From: the human T2T-CHM13v2.0 reference genome, Homo sapiens
Reading direction: 5' to 3' (one strand)
DNA length: 64,000 nucleotides
Assembly: GCF_009914755.1 (NCBI RefSeq)
Contig: NC_060925.1
Each line of letters opens with the position of its first letter. Position 1 is the first letter of the stretch. Positions 58,796 through 64,000 of the stretch are shown here, piece after piece. Under the pieces are notes generated by a model. That model had not been told where the DNA came from. It saw only the letters and a program-made list of their open reading frames with translations, and did not search any database. A program made the position numbers and the translations under genes.

Positions 58796-58917
58796 ATTCC
58801 TGGAGTTCTGTAAAGAAAACGGAGGGTATACCGGGTGTCCCTTCCCTGCCAAACTGGACCTGCAACAGGGACAGAATTTACTGCAAGGTCTGAGCAAGCT
58901 CAGCCCCTCTACCTCAG
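58796..58917 (+). CDS. MOV10: MOV10 coding exon 19 (FLEFCKENGGY...SPSTS)
   Basis: cacag acceptor, gtatgg donor, 122 nt. Confidence 0.95.
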
Positions 58918-58992
58918 GTATGGCTGGGCCAGGGTGGGGACAGTGCCAGAGGAGGTGGTAAGGAAGACACAGTGTACTTTCTCTCTTTCCAG

Positions 58993-59084
58993 GGCCCCAC
59001 AGCCATGACTACCTCCCCCAGGAGCGGGAGGGTGAAGGGGGCCTGTCTCTGCAAGTGGAGCCAGAGTGGAGGAATGAGCTCTGA
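58993..59084 (+). CDS. MOV10: MOV10 last coding exon (PHSHDYL...EPEWRNEL*)
   Basis: ttccag acceptor, TGA at 59082-59084; the 20 exons sum to 3012 nt = 1003 aa + stop. Confidence 0.96.
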
Positions 59085-59722
59085 AGACACAGCACCCAGC
59101 CTTCTCGCACCAGCCAAGCCTTAACTGCCTGCCTGACCCTGAACCAGAACCCAGCTGAACTGCCCCTCCAAGGGACAGGAAGGCTGGGGGAGGGAGTTTA
59201 CAACCCAAGCCATTCCACCCCCTCCCCTGCTGGGGAGAATGACACATCAAGCTGCTAACAATTGGGGGAAGGGGAAGGAAGAAAACTCTGAAAACAAAAT
59301 CTTGTTCTATGCAAAAGCCTTGATAATGTCTCCTCTGCCTGGCCCCAGCTTCCTGAGCCCCTAAGCTGACCCTGTAGGGAAGGGTGGGACTTTCAGCCCT
59401 GCTGAGGGTCACATCCCCTCCCAGCTGGAGAGGAACCCAGCCCCCACACTCGGGGGAGGAAACCCAGTGGGAGGTGGCAGGGAAGCCACCCACAGGTTTC
59501 TAAGTTTAGCCCCCTGCTACAGACCACTCCCTTCACCCGCCTCCTTGGCCCAGAGCCAGGCATGACCTCATCCTTTGCTCTAAGACTCCACCCTGCTGGC
59601 CACTGGCCTGCTTTGTAGACAGGGGGCCAGGCTGGCAAGCAACTTGGACATGAAAAGAGATGGGACACCAAGCACCCAGAGGGAAAGACCGAAAGCTGCC
59701 ACACACGTTGGAGCCTGTAGCC

Positions 59723-59728
59723 TTTATT
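59723..59728 (-). terminator. RHOC polyadenylation signal AATAAA
   Basis: tttatt on the + strand, about 390 nt downstream of the RHOC stop codon. Confidence 0.85.
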
Positions 59729-60116
59729 CATGCCCCCCTGACCAAATGCAGTGAGAGACAAGGCCCCTGCCGAAAACAACTCCAGGGGCCTGGGACTCTG
59801 GGTCCCCTACTGCAGACACTTTCCTGTGAGCCAGAAGTGTATAAAGTGCTGGTGTGTGACCATCCTTTGGGGAAGGTCAAAGGGGGCAAGATCCCCAGGG
59901 GCCCTGAGGAAGGGCAGGGCATAGGCGTGGCTCCCAGAGCGCTGGGAGGGAGGGCCCGTGCCACCACCTCGGGGCTAGAAAACAATGCAGTCCTGGGCAG
60001 GAGGGAACTGAAAATGGGAGCCTTCAGCATGGAGCCCTCAGGAGGCTGGGGTTGTAGGGGGATAATTTCTGTACCCCTGTGAAGGGAGGGGGCATGTAGG
60101 AAAGGCCTTGGGGATC

Positions 60117-60290
60117 TCAGAGAATGGGACAGCCCCTCCGACGCTTGTTCTTGCGGACCTGGAGGCCAGCCCGAGTGGCCATCTCAAACACCTCCCGCAC
60201 TCCCTCCTTGGTCTTGGCTGAGCACTCAAGGTAGCCAAAGGCACTGATCCGGTTCGCCATGTCCCGGCCTTCCTCAGACCGAACGGGCTC
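60117..60290 (-). CDS. RHOC: RhoC GTPase last coding exon ([10 protein letters not shown]...[15 protein letters not shown] box)
   Basis: ORF 60117..60317; polybasic tail plus CPIL is diagnostic of RhoC; 174 nt. Confidence 0.97.
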   Translation of the reverse strand, partial: EPVRSEEGRDMANRISAFGYLECSAKTKEGVREVFEMATRAGLQVRKNKRRRGCPIL

Positions 60291-61040
60291 CTGAGAAGAC
60301 ATAAGATGAGGGGTCAAAGGAAGCTGTTGACTACATGAACCTCTCCTGCCTCACCCATAAGTGTAGCAGCTGGAACAAATGCCTCCTCCTCCAGCCCTGA
60401 CCCAGAAAGCGCCCAGGCCCCAGCTACCCTGGGCAGCTTCGTGGCCAGGGATCCAAAAATCCCTCCAGTCTACTCCCTCCATTCCCATGCAGCCCCACCT
60501 CCTCCCACACACAGCCCCTGGTTCTCTTGCCTGAATGAGCGTCTCCCACCTCCTGACTGCTCTGCCTCCATCCTCACTCTCTTCCAGTCAGAATTATTTT
60601 TCTAACACACAGACCTAACATCTCCCCAGTTTGAAACTTTGCCATAATTATCTTTGCATTTCTTATCCTGACAGCTTTCTCTAATAAACTCTAGTCCTCT
60701 GGCTAGAGAGCCACTTACAGGTCCCTGAATAAGCCAGCTCTCACATCCCTTCTTCCAGCCACTTACACAATGCCTGCCCTCATTCCCGCATCCACATCCC
60801 TACACCTCCCCCAGGGGCACTCTGATGGCACAGCCTGGGTATCCCAAGTGAAACATAAGCTGTCTCCCCGAGGGCAGATTTTCTTAATCATCTTAATAGT
60901 CCCAATTCTGAACGGAATGGACAATTAACTGGAATAAATAAAAATGCCAAGTGACTTTGGACAAGTCACTTCATTCTGATACCTCATCAGACACAACCCT
61001 ATGGGTCCTCCCTCACCAGGAGATATTACTGTTTCCCCTA

Positions 61041-61313
<273 letters not shown>

Positions 61314-61575
61314 CTAGAAAGCTCCCCTGGGGGGGCCCTCATCTTCCCAGAGCAGTCTTAGAAGCCATTCAGCATGATGGTCCCTTTCACAGCTCAAAAC
61401 CTCAACAGTAGTATGCCCTCAGAGGGCCAGTTACCACAGTAAAGGAGACCAACAGGGCCTGAGTGCTCCCCTGCATCCCCACCCCCACCTCTGAAGATGA
61501 CTGAAGACAGGCCAAGGCACGAGACCTCTGGCTGATTCCAAGGGGTTCTCAGTCCCCTCCCTCCAATCCCCTCAC

Positions 61576-61696
61576 CCAGGCTGTCAGGGCTGTCGATGGA
61601 GAAGCACATGAGGATGACATCAGTGTCCGGGTAGGAGAGAGGCCGCAGTCGATCATAGTCTTCCTGCCCTGCTGTGTCCCACAGAGCCAGCTCCAC
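61576..61696 (-). CDS. RHOC: RHOC coding exon 2 ([23 protein letters not shown]...)
   Basis: 121 nt, DTAGQ switch II. Confidence 0.97.
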
Positions 61697-62166
61697 CTGA
61701 CACACAGGGCCAGTGAGTAGCTGGCCTGAGGGCCCCAACCCTGCCACCCAAAGGTCCCCTGAAACCACTGTCCTTCGGGCTCACTGAACTTCTTTATTTG
61801 AGCACCTGCTATGCACCAGGCATTATATTAATCACTGTCCCACAACATAAATTAGGTCAGTTTGTTAAAGAAATCTAAGACGTGTTTGACCCTTGAGTTG
61901 CCACTGTGAGCACCATTATTTTGGTTAATTCTCACAACAACCCTTTGAGGGAGGTCTTACCATCATCCCCATTTTGCAGGTGGGGGAGCTTAAACCCAGA
62001 GGCAAAGGGACTCGGCCCAGGTTACAGAGCCAGTCTGTGGGAGAACCAGAAAGTATATCCAGGTTTTTTAAGACTGCAGATTTACTTCCTAACTTTTACT
62101 GGTTCCAGCAGGGAGAATGAAGCAAAGACAGGGGTAGGAATGGGGAAGGACATACTAGGTCATTCA

Positions 62167-62442
<276 letters not shown>

Positions 62443-63676
62443 CTAGGGCCCCCAAACCTCCCTGGAAACCGAGGCATCTAGCAAAGGGACAGGGGGCTTG
62501 CTCAGGCATGTTCTGGCAAAACACCAATTGTGCGACAACAGAGCTTGAAATTCCTAATCTCTGGGTCAGGGACAGGTCTCCCTCGATGGGTTAGAATACA
62601 GTGGTGGGAGGTAGATGATGACCCCACTTGGGAGCTGGAAAACATGAGTTTCAATCTAATCCACTTGCCAACCTGGGGACTCCAGGTAGCTAGAGAGCTG
62701 CTCAGGGATGCGGGACGTCCAGGGAGCAAGCTTCTATCTACTTCACACATCAGGGTTTCGAGTCAGACTTCATTGGTTACCAGGATTTTGATGCATTTAC
62801 AGTTTAATAATCTCTAAGGTCCAATCTAGAACAGACTGTCCCTCAGCACAAGTCATACCTGTCCAGTCACAAATGAGGAGTCCCTCTCTAGGACCAGAGT
62901 AGCAGAACCAGCTACCAGGTGGTAGGTGGGTAAAGGAAGAATAGTTATAGAGCCCCTAGGTGCCAGGCACTCTGTCGGGCATTTTGGCAGGAATTATCTC
63001 CTTCGGTACCCAGATGCCTGGAAGGTAGATGGTGCACTTTCCATTTTGACAAACCAGGAAACTAAGGCTCAGTGAGGTTAACACAGATTCAGAGCTGTGG
63101 CTTATAAGGGGCAGGGACAGCACCCAAAGCAGGACTGTGTGACTCAAAGTCGTGCCTCTTCGACATGTCACCTCAGGGGCAGGAGGGAGAGCAGAAGCAG
63201 GGAAACCCAGACAGAGGACAGGGGTAGCAGCCAGCCAGCTTCCCTGGTCCACCCCACCCGGTCCCCAAAGCCCCAAGTAATACAAAGGAGGCTCAGTCCC
63301 AGCAATGCCCACAGCTCGAGTTTGGGCAGGCTGCCTTCCTCCCCCCTTCCTCCTAGGCCTGCCAGCAACACTGGGTCACTCAGCCCCCGGCAGGGGACAA
63401 TGACCACACTGTAGGGAGCCACACATCTACCACAGCACAGTGACTGAGAAGAATCCACCAGGGAATCACCTCCACCCACTCTGGAACAGCCCCTTCCTCC
63501 CTCAGTCCAGCTCACCCGCATGCCCTGCCCACCCCTCCCTGTGACTCAGGGCAAGGAGTCAGCTTCCCGGGCTTCCATGTGTCCCCCACCCCCAGCACAC
63601 ACAGCGAGCATCTGCACAGTTCATCACACCTTCGCAGCTTCCCTCACTTCCTCCTTCCCTGGGGAGGGGAACTGAC

Positions 63677-63745
63677 CTCCAGCCGGCTGAAGTTCCCAGG
63701 CTGCAGGAAGAGAGGGCGGGCTCTGGAGCTGAGATGAAGTCAAGG
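63677..63745 (-). other. RHOC: RHOC 5' UTR exon (69 nt)
   Basis: Pyrimidine tract with aacag acceptor and gtcagt donor on the minus strand; a second internal acceptor (ttcctgcag) would give a 24-nt exon at 63677-63700. Confidence 0.75.
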
Positions 63746-64000
63746 CTGTTGGGAAGGGGGAGGGGGCTAGAGTCTGGGCTGGGAGGAGCCCCAAAAGAAG
63801 AGACAAATGAGGGCCAGTCCCAGCACCAACCAGGCAGGGAGCAGTTAAGAAAGCGACGGTAACCTGATCTCAGCCTCAAACCTAGCTTTTTCTCTCAGTC
63901 CCACATCCTGTCAAACTGGGCTGACTGAACGCCTCTACTCCCCACACCCCACCACCACCTCACACTGCCCTTTAGGAAGCGAATACTCCAGCCCCAGGCC

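Noticed and set aside
58909-60082. 194-, 128-, 140- and 100-aa ORFs between and over the MOV10 and RHOC 3' ends
   Set aside because: GC-rich UTR or intergenic sequence, mostly non-ATG starts, no recognisable domains.

Overview
Mammalian genomic DNA. The Alu content and gene order identify it as human 1p13.2 (recognised from memory, not by database search). It holds three known protein-coding genes. CAPZA1 (+): coding exons 2-10 at 5780-28710, 3' UTR to about 30120, exon 1 upstream of the window. MOV10 (+): complete, with a CpG-island promoter near 33.2-33.5 kb and 20 coding exons at 33494-59084 summing to 3012 nt (1003 aa UPF1-like SF1 RNA helicase). RHOC (-): complete 582-nt CDS in 4 exons at 60117-62376 plus one 5' UTR exon; its first exon is beyond the window. 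Introns carry about 48 Alu copies or fragments, L1/L2/MIR relics, hAT DNA-transposon relics, several LTR remnants (MER41, MER31, MaLR, ERVL) and two retroposed small-RNA pseudogenes with target-site duplications (a U2 5' fragment and U13). Most ORFs in the supplied track are Alu-derived or GC-rich noise. I see no wholly new biological system. The best leads are regulatory: an atypical GTTAAGTAT donor and an in-frame cryptic acceptor on CAPZA1 exon 5, a splice-dependent overlapping uORF and an ISRE/EICE plus kB module at MOV10, a possible in-frame CAPZA1-MOV10 read-through, a non-canonical MOV10 poly(A) site facing RHOC, an intronic G-quadruplex in MOV10, and several insertion scars.
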